DNA of 64,000 bases from a virus (Duplodnaviria > Caudoviricetes), in the IMG/VR virus record IMGVR_UViG_3300013121_000046; one strand, given 5' to 3'. Below, piece after piece: positions 36,958-46,814 of this stretch; within the stretch, counting starts at the first letter, position 1, and each line of letters begins with the position of its first letter. Below the pieces are notes generated by a model that searched no databases, was not told the origin of the DNA, and saw only the letters and a program-made list of their open reading frames with translations. Position numbers and translations under genes: made by a program.

Positions 36958-37625
36958 TCAACACTCCTAACAAACTCTCGTAACTCAGAAACTATCGGAT
37001 ACCTTTCTTGGGAGGATAGCTCTCCCAATAATCCTGCGTCCTTAACAGGCAAAAGTTTCTTTCTTAAAACCAGTCCCCACTCTGTTGCCCAGGTTTGCAC
37101 CCGCTCCTCACGTTGAGACTGCATCCGAGTAAACTTCTCAGCATTCCCTTTTACCAAATCATTATCCGGTAACCAAATTACCGTTGAGGCATACCTAGAG
37201 ATTACTCGCAGTTGCTCCCGGGAAGGGGCTGAACCCAAATAGGCTACAGTATTGTAAAAACCGTATCCCCACAGGGCTCTGCAATCCTTAGGCCCTTCTA
37301 CAAGAAGGACGACCTGTGTATCCCAGATAAAAGGAAGAGCCCAAGTAAGATTGTGCCATAAAGGGAACTTCTTTTCAGAAGTCACTACTAAATTAGCTTT
37401 CTTACTTGGGTCAGTATGTAAGTTTCGGAGAAGAATTCCGGAGGATTTTGAATACTCCGTATCTAGAGCATAAGCTAATACAAACTTATTTTCCTCCCTA
37501 CTAGCAAATTTCTGTGCCTCAGAACTTAAGCCTGCGTACTGTTCCGCTCGTAAAAGATTAACCGCCCCCTTGGGTACAGAGCCTGCGTCAATACCATACC
37601 GACCTAAGGCCAACCGTAAATCCAT
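36939..37625 (-). CDS. TOPRIM domain protein (DnaG primase-like)
   Basis: VLLVEGPKD, VA.LGS, LPDND, KD. Confidence 0.75.
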   Translation of the reverse strand: MDLRLALGRYGIDAGSVPKGAVNLLRAEQYAGLSSEAQKFASREENKFVLAYALDTEYSKSSGILLRNLHTDPSKKANLVVTSEKKFPLWHNLTWALPFIWDTQVVLLVEGPKDCRALWGYGFYNTVAYLGSAPSREQLRVISRYASTVIWLPDNDLVKGNAEKFTRMQSQREERVQTWATEWGLVLRKKLLPVKDAGLLGELSSQERYPIVSELREFVRSVECFAKE

Positions 37626-37628
37626 ATA

Positions 37629-38042
37629 CTACCTAGCTCTACGGCTTACCCGAGGGGTTTTATACTTGGGCAACACAATCTCATGCTGTGGCCCACCTCT
37701 AAGAGTGCTGGTCCGAGGATCAACCCGGTGTAGAACCTCTGTCGGACCAGCATAGGAACACTCGGCTGGTCCTAAAATTCTCCGCCTTGATATCCCTCTA
37801 CCCTCTTGATTTAATACCCCGGAAGAATCCAATTTTCTAAAGATCACCACATCACCACCACAGTCCTCAGCAATTGTACCATCGGCAACGGTAGTCACGG
37901 GATCAAGAGATGTAATCAAGGCGGTCAGATAAGACTCTGCCCAAATCTCAGCCCCGGAGGCCTGAGAAGACCCTACCTTTGAAGCAAGTGCTTGACTAAT
38001 AAAATCCACGGTGAGAGCAGTCTGCATTTTTACCTTTCCCAT
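37629..38042 (-). CDS. Hypothetical protein
   Basis: ORF in operon. Confidence 0.6.
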   Translation of the reverse strand: MGKVKMQTALTVDFISQALASKVGSSQASGAEIWAESYLTALITSLDPVTTVADGTIAEDCGGDVVIFRKLDSSGVLNQEGRGISRRRILGPAECSYAGPTEVLHRVDPRTSTLRGGPQHEIVLPKYKTPRVSRRAR

Positions 38043-38043
38043 T

Positions 38044-38074
38044 AAAAAAGGGGAGACGACCCATCGTCTCCCCT
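38044..38074 (-). terminator. Rho-independent terminator
   Basis: AGGGGAGACGA/TCGTCTCCCCT stem plus T-tract on the minus strand. Confidence 0.8.
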
Positions 38075-38095
38075 ATATAAAAAATTTAGGTAAAA

Positions 38096-38599
38096 TTAAC
38101 CTCTTGGGGGACCAATTTGCCCCGAGAGTCCGACACCCCCACTCGAAAAACTCGGAATAGCCGGACCAGCCATAGCGCCCGAAGCAGCCGAGGGAGGACC
38201 GACCTGAGGTGACACAGGCATAACGGGATTGAGACTCCCACCCCCCGAAGGTAGCGGATTGGTTGCAGCCCCGGGGGCAGGTAATCCGGGGATGGGTGGA
38301 GTTGGTGGCACATTCAAAAGCGATACAGTTACAGTCAAACCAATGCCAGCCAGGGGGTCATCTGCAACTACCCGTAGACTGCCGTCCTGCTGGTATTCAG
38401 TCCGTAATCCCGGGGGGCGAGCCTGAAACTTGCCAGACAAAATGCCTCGTAATTCTTCGGCAATGTCCCCCATAACTTGTGTAGCAAATGTCGGATCAAA
38501 CTCCGGGGAGCCGGGGTGAGCCGACTTATCCATTTGCCGCAAGTCTCGACTCTTCGACCGGTAGGCAGTTCGCTTAGGGTATAGGTTAACTGGGAGCAT
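38096..38599 (-). CDS. Hypothetical protein with Pro/Gly tail
   Basis: ORF directly abutting the upstream stop; KRTA and KSA motifs. Confidence 0.6.
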   Translation of the reverse strand: MLPVNLYPKRTAYRSKSRDLRQMDKSAHPGSPEFDPTFATQVMGDIAEELRGILSGKFQARPPGLRTEYQQDGSLRVVADDPLAGIGLTVTVSLLNVPPTPPIPGLPAPGAATNPLPSGGGSLNPVMPVSPQVGPPSAASGAMAGPAIPSFSSGGVGLSGQIGPPRG

Positions 38600-39091
38600 C
38601 TACCGATTCCTAAAGTCTGATCGGTTACGAGTGTTCGTACTCTGATTGGACTCATTAGTCTGGCTAGCTCTAAAACCGGTAGAATCTGTATCCGGTTGAG
38701 TCGTGGTGGCCGGGCCCGAAGCCAAATCAGCTAAATTTGCCGCAACCCTAGCCCGAATAACTGAGTTTTCCTGACCACCTTCTCCCAATCCTCGTTTGTT
38801 CCACCGATTACCCACGAAAGTCCGAGGATTCGCCCAACTCTCTGAAGGGGTATCTGGCTCTGAGGGAATCAAATCCGTAGTTCTTTCCGCAGGATCCTCA
38901 ACTGCCGTAGGCGGAGATCCTGGCGGGGATATTGCAAAAGCCTTAAATACACCAGAGTTAACTCCGATACCCGATAAGGACTCCGGAGCTACTTTCTCGG
39001 CATACTCAGCAGCCCAAACGAGGGCATCAGTACGGATCTCTTCAAGCTGAAATTCTACCGGAGCCTCACTAACTCTCTTTTTCCTAGCCAT
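38600..39091 (-). CDS. Hypothetical low-complexity protein
   Basis: ORF in operon; RVAA motif. Confidence 0.6.
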   Translation of the reverse strand: MARKKRVSEAPVEFQLEEIRTDALVWAAEYAEKVAPESLSGIGVNSGVFKAFAISPPGSPPTAVEDPAERTTDLIPSEPDTPSESWANPRTFVGNRWNKRGLGEGGQENSVIRARVAANLADLASGPATTTQPDTDSTGFRASQTNESNQSTNTRNRSDFRNR

Positions 39092-39109
39092 TTAATGATC
39101 TCTTAATGG

Positions 39110-39460
39110 TTAAAGATATCTTCGACGGTTAATGAGGCCCGAGGTATTGACCGAATTGGCTGATTGATTAGTCCTAGCACTAGCCTCTCTCGAAGAAATA
39201 GAAGAGGCAGTATTTACTTTAGGTTGGAGGGCTACCCCACCCCCTGAATTAGGGGAATCTACTGGGTGAGGTAATGCCCCAGCCCCTAACTCTCCGGAAG
39301 CCTCCCGAGTTAACGTCAAAGCTTGCCGAGCAATTTGCTCCCCATTCCCACCCCTAAGAGGGAGCCGAGCATTCTTAGGGCCCTTCGTCTGAATATTCTC
39401 AAAACTAGCTGACTGAGCATCAGTAGCCACGAAAGAAGAAAATGGCTCATATGAAGGCAT
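39110..39460 (-). CDS. Hypothetical protein (likely start MPSYEP)
   Basis: Internal ATG with GGAG RBS. Confidence 0.6.
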   Translation of the reverse strand: MPSYEPFSSFVATDAQSASFENIQTKGPKNARLPLRGGNGEQIARQALTLTREASGELGAGALPHPVDSPNSGGGVALQPKVNTASSISSREASARTNQSANSVNTSGLINRRRYL

Positions 39461-39480
39461 TGCGTAGACTCCAAAAAAAG

Positions 39481-39633
39481 TCAACGAGTATGGGCTGAGG
39501 TATGGGAAGTATCTTTTCGCCAAGCCAAACGGGCCTGTGTGCCTGTAGCGGGAGAATCAATCCAAACAATTCTCTTCGCTCGACTCTTCGGGCGAGCCGT
39601 TCGATGATTACCGCTAGTACTACCCTGACCCAT
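39481..39633 (-). CDS. Small basic protein (50 aa, MGQGSTSGNHRTARPK...), not in the ORF track
   Basis: ATG at 39633 with AGGGGAG RBS; open to TGA at 39481. Confidence 0.55.
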   Translation of the reverse strand: MGQGSTSGNHRTARPKSRAKRIVWIDSPATGTQARLAWRKDTSHTSAHTR

Positions 39634-39677
39634 AAAATTTTCTCCCCTATACCCAATCCTGATTGAATAAAAAGACC

Positions 39678-39699
39678 ATACTTATTTATAAATAAGTAT
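39678..39699. promoter_or_regulatory. Perfect 22-bp palindrome ATACTTATTTATAAATAAGTAT (candidate operator or late promoter)
   Basis: Exact self-complementarity in the intergenic gap. Confidence 0.5.
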
Positions 39700-39722
39700 C
39701 CCTAACAAGCAAACACAGCCCA

Positions 39723-42119
39723 CTAAATATCCTTAATACTCACTCGCTCATAATTAGGCTGTCTAGCTTCATCCAGATAAATAGCCTCATCGGAAATAAT
39801 TCCATGAGACTTACTGAAAACAGCTAGTCTCTGGGCTGGCCACCCCATTGCTCCTAACTCCTGACGGGCATACACATTGTAACTTTCCGTACTACCATTA
39901 GCTAAAACCACTCTTCGATTGATATCAAATTTAGCCATAGTGTTGTGACAAACAAACCCATTTCCGATAAAGGTCTCGGTTTCAGGCTGAGAAAAGTCCA
40001 TCACGTCACTCTCGTGATGAGTAATTTCCTTAACTCGATCATAAGTGTGGGGACCACACTGGGTTTTTTTTCTTCCTCGTGTGAGAGTCAGAATCCCACG
40101 ATCATTATAATCAGCCCGACATTTTTCAAGCTCCTGCTGAAGCAACAGATGCTTAATTCCCGCCCCAAATAGGCTTTGAGTTTTATCGAGACTAGATTTA
40201 GATATTCGGACAATCCAGGAATCGTTTTTGGCTCGAATAGTATAACCTTTTTGTGGTCCTTCTCTCAAAATATTGTGGGACCCAATCCTCCGTTTCCTAC
40301 TACGATATGAAAGAATCCCCAACCTTCGTAAAACCTGTTGAGTCTGCTCGGCTAGAATGCTTGAGTTAGTACTTAAAGTTGGATAACCCTGTAGCACGTA
40401 ACCATCCCCCCGGAAGAGCCCGCGAAGAAAGGCTCGATTAATAGGTTCAGTCCCTTGTAAAACTGCCCAGGGGATGTTCTTATTTGCTGCACCACTCTGA
40501 AGACCCAGAGTCTCATTCATAAATTTAACCAAGTCCTTCGAGTACGCCCAAAACACGGTCACTTTCTCACAGTTATTAACGATCCGAGATCCATAACGGA
40601 TGCTTAACCTCTTAAGCAGTTCAGTGACATGGGATAAGTCGTCTTCGTGAACAGCAAGATTAATCCCGTTAAATTTACCATTACTAGTAGTATAGTTCCC
40701 ATCAGCTACCCACCAACCGAGGAATTCCGCCCAGTCCTCGGTAAGTCTTACCGGAAGAGGTTGTGGCCTATTGCTGACATACAATCTACGACTCTGATTA
40801 CTGTACGAAATATGATTAAGCAAAGGATCTTCAATAGGCCAAGTCGTCCCTAGCTGAATCACCACACAATCCCGAGGAGTTATCTGATCTAATCTTCTCC
40901 ATTCATATTGACTAACCTTACGCCAAGTAGGTCGTAGTACCTTATCTCGAACACTTTTCTCATCCCCAAAAGTGGTGATAACTCGTACCCGATGATTTGG
41001 AGTACCTTCCAACGCATATCCCATATTAGTTTTAATACGGATAGTAGGAACTACCGCACCATGATGAAAAGTTTGGGAAGCTCTTCGTGGCACATCATCA
41101 GTTACTAGAAGTTCGTTGGAATCACGGAATCGCTCTGAATGCCCGGCAAAATCACTAATTGGACGCAAACCTGAAACAGCACTTTCAATCATGGTATTCG
41201 GCAAAACGCAGTGAAAGTGACCGATCCATAAGTAATCCCAAGGGACTGGAATGCAATCTATCCAACCCCAGGCCTTTTTTGCTGCCCCATACCAAGGGAA
41301 GCCGGCAAATCCTCCGCGAATCTCCTGACCATGTACCAACAAATTTCCCCACGAGTACACTTGATCCACACCATACCAGTCCTCGGATCTATCTCCAGGT
41401 AGATCGAAACTAACCCGTTTACGGTCTTGGGAAGCTAACCTACTCTGCACCTGAAGACGCATTACCTCATAGGCAACGGAATCCCAGTTGGTTCTGGGGT
41501 TTGCTCCAGTGTGTTTAGAGCCATTTCTACCATGATTTCCGGGGACAGCTAACACCCTAACACTTCCGAAATTTGCTAAAAAAGTTAAGATAAGACTAGC
41601 TAAAGCTTCAGGGACAACCTTACAAGCTTGATCGAAAACCGAAGAGTCAATCAAGTGTGCCTGGGTAGGAAAAATACCCTCACCTTCAACCATATCTCCG
41701 CCAAGGTACACCCGTATGTCCTCTACCCTAGCTCCATTTCGTCTAGTCTCTGCAATCTTAAGTACTTTCTTAGCTATACGGTTAAGCCTCTCTACAGCAA
41801 TAGCAGAATCATACTGGGGAGTAACTTTCCCAATATGAATATCACTTAAATGCAATACAAAGACTTCCTCATCACACCCCTTTTTCTTTACAGTTTGTCT
41901 GGGAGGAAAGACAGTTAATTTAGGTTTATTCTTTGCCATCAAGTCAGTGATAGCACGAACAATTATTTCTTCCCCAGAGACGGCTTTTTTCACTTGCTTC
42001 TTTAGAGAATCAATCTCCCCTCGAAGCAAACGAATTGTTGCATCCTTTTCCAATACCGCTCGCAACTCTTCCTGATCCATAAAATTTTTAGTTATGTCCT
42101 TACTCTTGGCCCTAGTCAT
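39723..42119 (-). CDS. Calcineurin-like metallophosphoesterase containing an intein
   Basis: LSDIHIG, GGDMVEG, GNHG, HG, GHFH|intein|T, NGS. Confidence 0.88.
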   Translation of the reverse strand: MTRAKSKDITKNFMDQEELRAVLEKDATIRLLRGEIDSLKKQVKKAVSGEEIIVRAITDLMAKNKPKLTVFPPRQTVKKKGCDEEVFVLHLSDIHIGKVTPQYDSAIAVERLNRIAKKVLKIAETRRNGARVEDIRVYLGGDMVEGEGIFPTQAHLIDSSVFDQACKVVPEALASLILTFLANFGSVRVLAVPGNHGRNGSKHTGANPRTNWDSVAYEVMRLQVQSRLASQDRKRVSFDLPGDRSEDWYGVDQVYSWGNLLVHGQEIRGGFAGFPWYGAAKKAWGWIDCIPVPWDYLWIGHFHCVLPNTMIESAVSGLRPISDFAGHSERFRDSNELLVTDDVPRRASQTFHHGAVVPTIRIKTNMGYALEGTPNHRVRVITTFGDEKSVRDKVLRPTWRKVSQYEWRRLDQITPRDCVVIQLGTTWPIEDPLLNHISYSNQSRRLYVSNRPQPLPVRLTEDWAEFLGWWVADGNYTTSNGKFNGINLAVHEDDLSHVTELLKRLSIRYGSRIVNNCEKVTVFWAYSKDLVKFMNETLGLQSGAANKNIPWAVLQGTEPINRAFLRGLFRGDGYVLQGYPTLSTNSSILAEQTQQVLRRLGILSYRSRKRRIGSHNILREGPQKGYTIRAKNDSWIVRISKSSLDKTQSLFGAGIKHLLLQQELEKCRADYNDRGILTLTRGRKKTQCGPHTYDRVKEITHHESDVMDFSQPETETFIGNGFVCHNTMAKFDINRRVVLANGSTESYNVYARQELGAMGWPAQRLAVFSKSHGIISDEAIYLDEARQPNYERVSIKDI
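39942..41210 (-). mobile_element. Intein (423 aa) with LAGLIDADG endonuclease
   Basis: H|CVLPNTMI, GTPNHR, LGWWVADG, LRGLFRGDG, VMDF...FIGNGFVCHN|T. Confidence 0.93.
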
Positions 42120-42139
42120 GGTACCTCGGGGAGTAAGAC

Positions 42140-42439
42140 TTAGATTTTCACATGCTTGATATGTCTTGCTAAAGTTCTCGACAGATAGGGATACCCAAAA
42201 TGCTTTACCAGTTGCTCATGGAAGGCTGTCAGATGTACATGCGGATAGTTACCGGTCTTTTTAAGCTTTACATACTCCTTTATAGCCTTATGAACTTCCG
42301 GTAAATCAAGCCTACAGGTCTCGCAAGATGACCGGACTTCTTCACTCATAGCCCAGCCTTCAATATTAAATTCTGAATCAACCCTCGGAGGCAGTGGTTT
42401 CTGCTGTTTTGCCATTCTCTTCTTCCTTAGTATTTCCAA
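42140..42439 (-). CDS. Small Zn/HTH-like protein
   Basis: CETC...TLARH pattern; start likely MAKQQ. Confidence 0.55.
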   Translation of the reverse strand: MEILRKKRMAKQQKPLPPRVDSEFNIEGWAMSEEVRSSCETCRLDLPEVHKAIKEYVKLKKTGNYPHVHLTAFHEQLVKHFGYPYLSRTLARHIKHVKI

Positions 42440-42863
42440 CCCTTACAGTGTACTGTGGCGGAGGTGTTTGCTTTAGAATATTAATGCAATCACTAATCCC
42501 TATCTGATAGGAACTTAAAACAAGGGTCTCTTTCTTCATCTTCACGTATATCTCACGATTCTGAGCCACCTCACCCAGTATTGAGATGATTCTCTCACGA
42601 TCTGAGCGGATTAAACTTTGACTAAGAGAGGCAGATATCTTGTTTACATATACCTGAAGGAGATTTCTAAAAGCTGCATTTTCACACAGAGCCAAAATAC
42701 CATGATCCGAAGAAGTTAACTCATTAAGAGTCTCTTGAATTGACTCCAATTTATCCTGAACTTCCTGTGGTATCTGTGACACTTCCCTAGTTACTGGGGC
42801 AGAAACATTTTCTCTAGTCGGGGTATTCACAGCCACCGACTGAGGCAAAATCAAATTGGACAT
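42378..42863 (-). CDS. Hypothetical helical protein
   Basis: ATG with GAGG RBS. Confidence 0.65.
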   Translation of the reverse strand: MSNLILPQSVAVNTPTRENVSAPVTREVSQIPQEVQDKLESIQETLNELTSSDHGILALCENAAFRNLLQVYVNKISASLSQSLIRSDRERIISILGEVAQNREIYVKMKKETLVLSSYQIGISDCINILKQTPPPQYTVRVGNTKEEENGKTAETTASEG

Positions 42864-42878
42864 ACAAACTCCTATTCT

Positions 42879-43460
42879 CTAGGCATCGCCTAGTCCTGCT
42901 GGATCTCTATGCAAATAAATAAGACTGCTTAGATTAAAGCCCACTGCTTTTCTAGCAAATACCGTTACCCAGTATTGTCGTTGACTGTTTTGAGCCCTAC
43001 CAAAACCTACATTATTATAATGGTTAGATAAGATATTCTTACGATGCCCCTGAGAACTTAACCAAGCATTATAGACAGAATGCACATCAGAATATCCGGA
43101 GGCAATATTCTCACCCACAAAATCAGCCTTAAAACCTGCCTTAGCTACCCGATCAGCCGCCGTAGAGCCATTTTCACCCGTATGATCCATCACAGAAGTC
43201 TTCGCCATCCAATTAGCCTGGTCCTGAGCAGCCGCCATAAGAGCAGAATCAATCGTCAAGGGTACTACCCCAAACACCAACCTATCCCCATTATGTGCTT
43301 CACAGAGAAGTTGAGCCCAGACTGGGACAGGTGCCGTTGGTGGAGGTGTAGGAGATGGCGGAGAAGGTTTTTTTGGATCATCCTGAATCGGTACCCCTAA
43401 AATCAGCCTTAAAAAATTTGCTAAGGTGTGCAGTAGTGATGCCATAGTGACCACCCCCAA
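42879..43460 (-). CDS. CAP/SCP domain protein
   Basis: HN.DR, L..AAQ..A.WMA....H.G, GENIA.G, W..S.GH..NIL...Y..VG.G, YWV..F. Confidence 0.9.
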   Translation of the reverse strand: MGVVTMASLLHTLANFLRLILGVPIQDDPKKPSPPSPTPPPTAPVPVWAQLLCEAHNGDRLVFGVVPLTIDSALMAAAQDQANWMAKTSVMDHTGENGSTAADRVAKAGFKADFVGENIASGYSDVHSVYNAWLSSQGHRKNILSNHYNNVGFGRAQNSQRQYWVTVFARKAVGFNLSSLIYLHRDPAGLGDA

Positions 43461-43518
43461 TAACTACCGCGTAAACAACCCCCTCAATGCTCACTCCCAT
43501 CGTATACTCAATAATCAC

Positions 43519-44169
43519 TCAAACCTTAGAAGATAATAGTTTTAGTTTAGAGGTTCCTTGGTCATTACTAACCTCATAATTATTATCTGCCGCTTCAGCA
43601 ATCTGCTCATTATGAGTTACCACTAAAATAGTAAAACCTAAACCCCCATCTTCTACCGATTTACATAACTTCTTAAGAAGCTTTCCAGCTTCTCCTGAGT
43701 ACTTAGTAGAAACCTGAGCCATAGGCTCATCTAAGAAAAGCACCTTGGAAAGATTCTTGTGTCTCAATACTGTAATCACTCGCAGTACAACGGCCAGCAG
43801 AGAGGCCGGTCCCCCACCAAAAGACTCAAGCGGATCACCCTCAACACCCTGATCCGCATCCCTAATCTTAAGGACAACCGAAGGTTTCCCTCGGAGGGTG
43901 GTATGCTCAATCTTTAGGGAGAGATTCTGATCGAAGAAAGTCTCTCGTAGAGCCAAGGTGGCAAGCTCCGCGACCTGTTGCTCCACTTCCTTACTCAATT
44001 CCCCCGAGATAAACTGCAACAAGGCCAGGCTTTGCTGAAGAACTTCTGTCTGCTCCGTCAAGGAACCAATTGCAGATACTATTTCCTTACTCTGCTCCTG
44101 TAAACCTAAGACTCGGCCTTGAAAGTTTTGAAACCTACTCAGAAGTCTGTCAAGCATAAAAATACCCAT
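43519..44169 (-). CDS. SbcC/Rad50-like ABC ATPase, C-terminal half
   Basis: Coiled coil, signature-like SFGGG, Walker B LFLDEP, H-loop VVTHN; no Walker A. Confidence 0.85.
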   Translation of the reverse strand: MGIFMLDRLLSRFQNFQGRVLGLQEQSKEIVSAIGSLTEQTEVLQQSLALLQFISGELSKEVEQQVAELATLALRETFFDQNLSLKIEHTTLRGKPSVVLKIRDADQGVEGDPLESFGGGPASLLAVVLRVITVLRHKNLSKVLFLDEPMAQVSTKYSGEAGKLLKKLCKSVEDGGLGFTILVVTHNEQIAEAADNNYEVSNDQGTSKLKLLSSKV

Positions 44170-44220
44170 AGGAAGTGTTGGTAATTCACTACTTCCTATG
44201 ATACACGCCGATAGCTCAAA

Positions 44221-45306
44221 CTACAGAGTAATAATATCTATATCCCAATTAAGACAGAAGTTACGCAAATCAATCAACTGCTTCTTAAACAGATGATAAG
44301 TATCTACTGGATCAACAGCTAAATGCACCCGAATTGATGCCTCAGACTCAACTAGAGCTAACCAAGTAGGTAAAGACATACTTGTATACTCTTTACGAAT
44401 CGCTACACCATAAATAAGATCAGTAATACTACTGCCCTTAGGTAAAAAATCATAAAGACTAGTACGATCATAAGAACCATCTGCCCCCTCATGATAAAGA
44501 GGTAGAATAAAATGCTGAACTTCCGGATGGGAAACTTCAGCATTTTGATAGGCTTTGAGTAAGTCTATCTGATGTGCCCTTACTAGGTTCTCATACATAC
44601 TTACTTTCTTAGGATCTTCATTAGGTGCATAGCTTTCGTGAATCTCAGTCTCTACCGTATCCTGAAATTCATCATGCTCATCCATGTACTTAAAGACTTC
44701 TGGGGCTAACCGATCACTATTCTTTTCAACATAAGATTCCAACCAAAAAAGAAATCCTTGCGGCGACTTAGGGTTATTACCCCCAGAATATATGGATAAT
44801 AACTCTCTTTGTACTTGAGGATCTTCCTCCATCTTCTCCAATAGATATTTCTTAGCCATAGGAGAATAGGCTCGACTGTATAATTCCCGTCGCTTCTTTT
44901 CCGCAAATTCTTCGGAAGGAGTATAGTACTCGCCAGGGATATCTCGCCAATTCAAATACCAATGTTCGCCAAAGATTGAATTTAATCCATAACCTCCTTG
45001 TACAACATTCTCAAGATTTACAGGGACTTCAATCAAAGGTAGGTCTGTGAAATGCGGTAAGAATAAACCAACCGATATAGGAACTTGCACCATATCATGT
45101 CGTAAAAATGTCTTTTTATTCAAAGCAAACCAAGTGGAAGCAAATGGTCTGCTCTGACCCACAGCCATATCCCTAGAAGACCCATTAGTAACAGGTGCCC
45201 TAAGCTTTCCATACATAATAAAATTGGAATAAAAGTACTGTAAAGGAAAGTCAAACCACAGCACCGAAGGGAGGGCCTCTGGGGAGCCGCTTATACGACG
45301 AGTCAT
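44221..45306 (-). CDS. Acidic hypothetical protein, paralog family member 1
   Basis: P.VLW.D N-motif; FWLESYVE.N.D.L.PEV and IYGVAI shared with 45573..46805. Confidence 0.7.
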   Translation of the reverse strand: MTRRISGSPEALPSVLWFDFPLQYFYSNFIMYGKLRAPVTNGSSRDMAVGQSRPFASTWFALNKKTFLRHDMVQVPISVGLFLPHFTDLPLIEVPVNLENVVQGGYGLNSIFGEHWYLNWRDIPGEYYTPSEEFAEKKRRELYSRAYSPMAKKYLLEKMEEDPQVQRELLSIYSGGNNPKSPQGFLFWLESYVEKNSDRLAPEVFKYMDEHDEFQDTVETEIHESYAPNEDPKKVSMYENLVRAHQIDLLKAYQNAEVSHPEVQHFILPLYHEGADGSYDRTSLYDFLPKGSSITDLIYGVAIRKEYTSMSLPTWLALVESEASIRVHLAVDPVDTYHLFKKQLIDLRNFCLNWDIDIITL

Positions 45307-45572
45307 ATCTTAGCCTCAACTAAACTCGGACCCACTAGACTGACCTCAGGGATAGCTGAAAGCACCTCTGCTGGAACCGGATTTAGAAGCTTAGTGATAT
45401 CGGCTTTACTAAGCTTCCCAGGGTTCATAGTATCCACGGGAATTCGATAGACAAAACAAAAGTTTCGTCCCACCCCAGATATCCTTACCCCTCTACGTAG
45501 AGAAAGAACTTTCCAGTGTACCCCCTCCAGAATAGTATCTAACAAAATACGCCCTGTGTTTGCCTTAAGCAT
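45303..45572 (-). CDS. Small hypothetical protein
   Basis: Translationally coupled to both neighbours. Confidence 0.6.
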   Translation of the reverse strand: MLKANTGRILLDTILEGVHWKVLSLRRGVRISGVGRNFCFVYRIPVDTMNPGKLSKADITKLLNPVPAEVLSAIPEVSLVGPSLVEAKI

Positions 45573-46805
45573 CTATGCTTCCCCCTCCAATGGCGAATTA
45601 ATTACCACAAACTTCCAACCATTTTGAACACACACATTTCGCACACTGTTTATTTGACTTATCCGACCCAGAAACTTTTCCCGCAAATTCATAAGTTGTA
45701 GCTCACTGGTATAATGCTCAAGCTTTGAAGTAAGTTTATCCCAATTCCCAGGAATAGCTGCCCTTAAAATCGCTACCCCATAGATAGCATCACTTAGGCT
45801 TAAACCCTCAATGAGATAGTTAGATAAATTACTTCCAGTGTATGAAGGAACTATAAAAGCCCGGGCATTAAATTCCTCAAAAAAAGTTTCAGTAAAAATC
45901 TGCTTACGCTCTGCCATAAAATCTTCCCATTCTTCTCGCTTATCCTCATCCTCATGCGGGTTATAGTTATCAGAAGCAGTCTGATAAATGTCACTCTGTA
46001 GATCTAAGTCCTTCTGCATTATCTTTAACACTTCAGGGCTAAGTTTGTCTTGATTTTCCTCACAGTAAGTTTTTAACCAGGACTCAAATCCTGTCGGAGT
46101 TATTACTGAGCTAGCCATTTGCGGATCACGCATAACCTGACGATAAAACACTGGGAATAATTTTTCTGGCGTAGTCTTACCTCGTGTATAAACTAGTGAA
46201 TCCATGTCATACAAAGCATCCTCCCAACGTTGGGCTACATAAGACTCAAAATACCAAAACAAAAACTCTTTCTCAAGCTCAACCTTAAGTGCCCGATCAG
46301 TCTTTATTTTATTAAGCAAATACTTAACAGCATACTCCTCGTATTTCTCATCATATATTTCATCTGCAATTGAGCTAACATAGTCCTCCGGAGGGTCATA
46401 GAAACCATCGGGATAGTCATCCACATCTTCTGTCCAGTCTCCCACTACTGCTTTAATTATATCCGGGTTACCTTCTTCCGAAGATACCTCGTTAACCTGA
46501 GAGGCGGTGTAAATAAGCGGGAACCATATTCCAACAGATACAATTAAATGATCCCAACCATGAATTATATTACAACGACCTAATTGTATTTTTAGATTAC
46601 CACGACAACCAGTCAATCCATGCTGATCTGAAATAAATGGTTTATCAAAAAAAGGCCCTAAGTACTTCCTTGAGGCCGTATCAAATGTCTTGTCAAAAGA
46701 TAGGGTTAAGAAATCTCTAGCATCCATATCCAACCAGACTACCTGGGGAAGTTCCTCCTGGTATTCAGGATCACCTTCAACATAGTCATTATGGTACACT
46801 GACAT
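45573..46805 (-). CDS. Acidic hypothetical protein, paralog family member 2
   Basis: PQVVWLDM, PF, WL..Y.E.N.DKL.PEV, IYGVAI. Confidence 0.7.
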   Translation of the reverse strand: MSVYHNDYVEGDPEYQEELPQVVWLDMDARDFLTLSFDKTFDTASRKYLGPFFDKPFISDQHGLTGCRGNLKIQLGRCNIIHGWDHLIVSVGIWFPLIYTASQVNEVSSEEGNPDIIKAVVGDWTEDVDDYPDGFYDPPEDYVSSIADEIYDEKYEEYAVKYLLNKIKTDRALKVELEKEFLFWYFESYVAQRWEDALYDMDSLVYTRGKTTPEKLFPVFYRQVMRDPQMASSVITPTGFESWLKTYCEENQDKLSPEVLKIMQKDLDLQSDIYQTASDNYNPHEDEDKREEWEDFMAERKQIFTETFFEEFNARAFIVPSYTGSNLSNYLIEGLSLSDAIYGVAILRAAIPGNWDKLTSKLEHYTSELQLMNLREKFLGRISQINSVRNVCVQNGWKFVVINSPLEGEA

Positions 46806-46814
46806 ATTTCAATC

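Noticed and set aside
39447-39656. 69-aa ORF from the track
   Set aside because: An alternative frame (39481..39633) has an ATG with a good RBS and fits between neighbours without overlap
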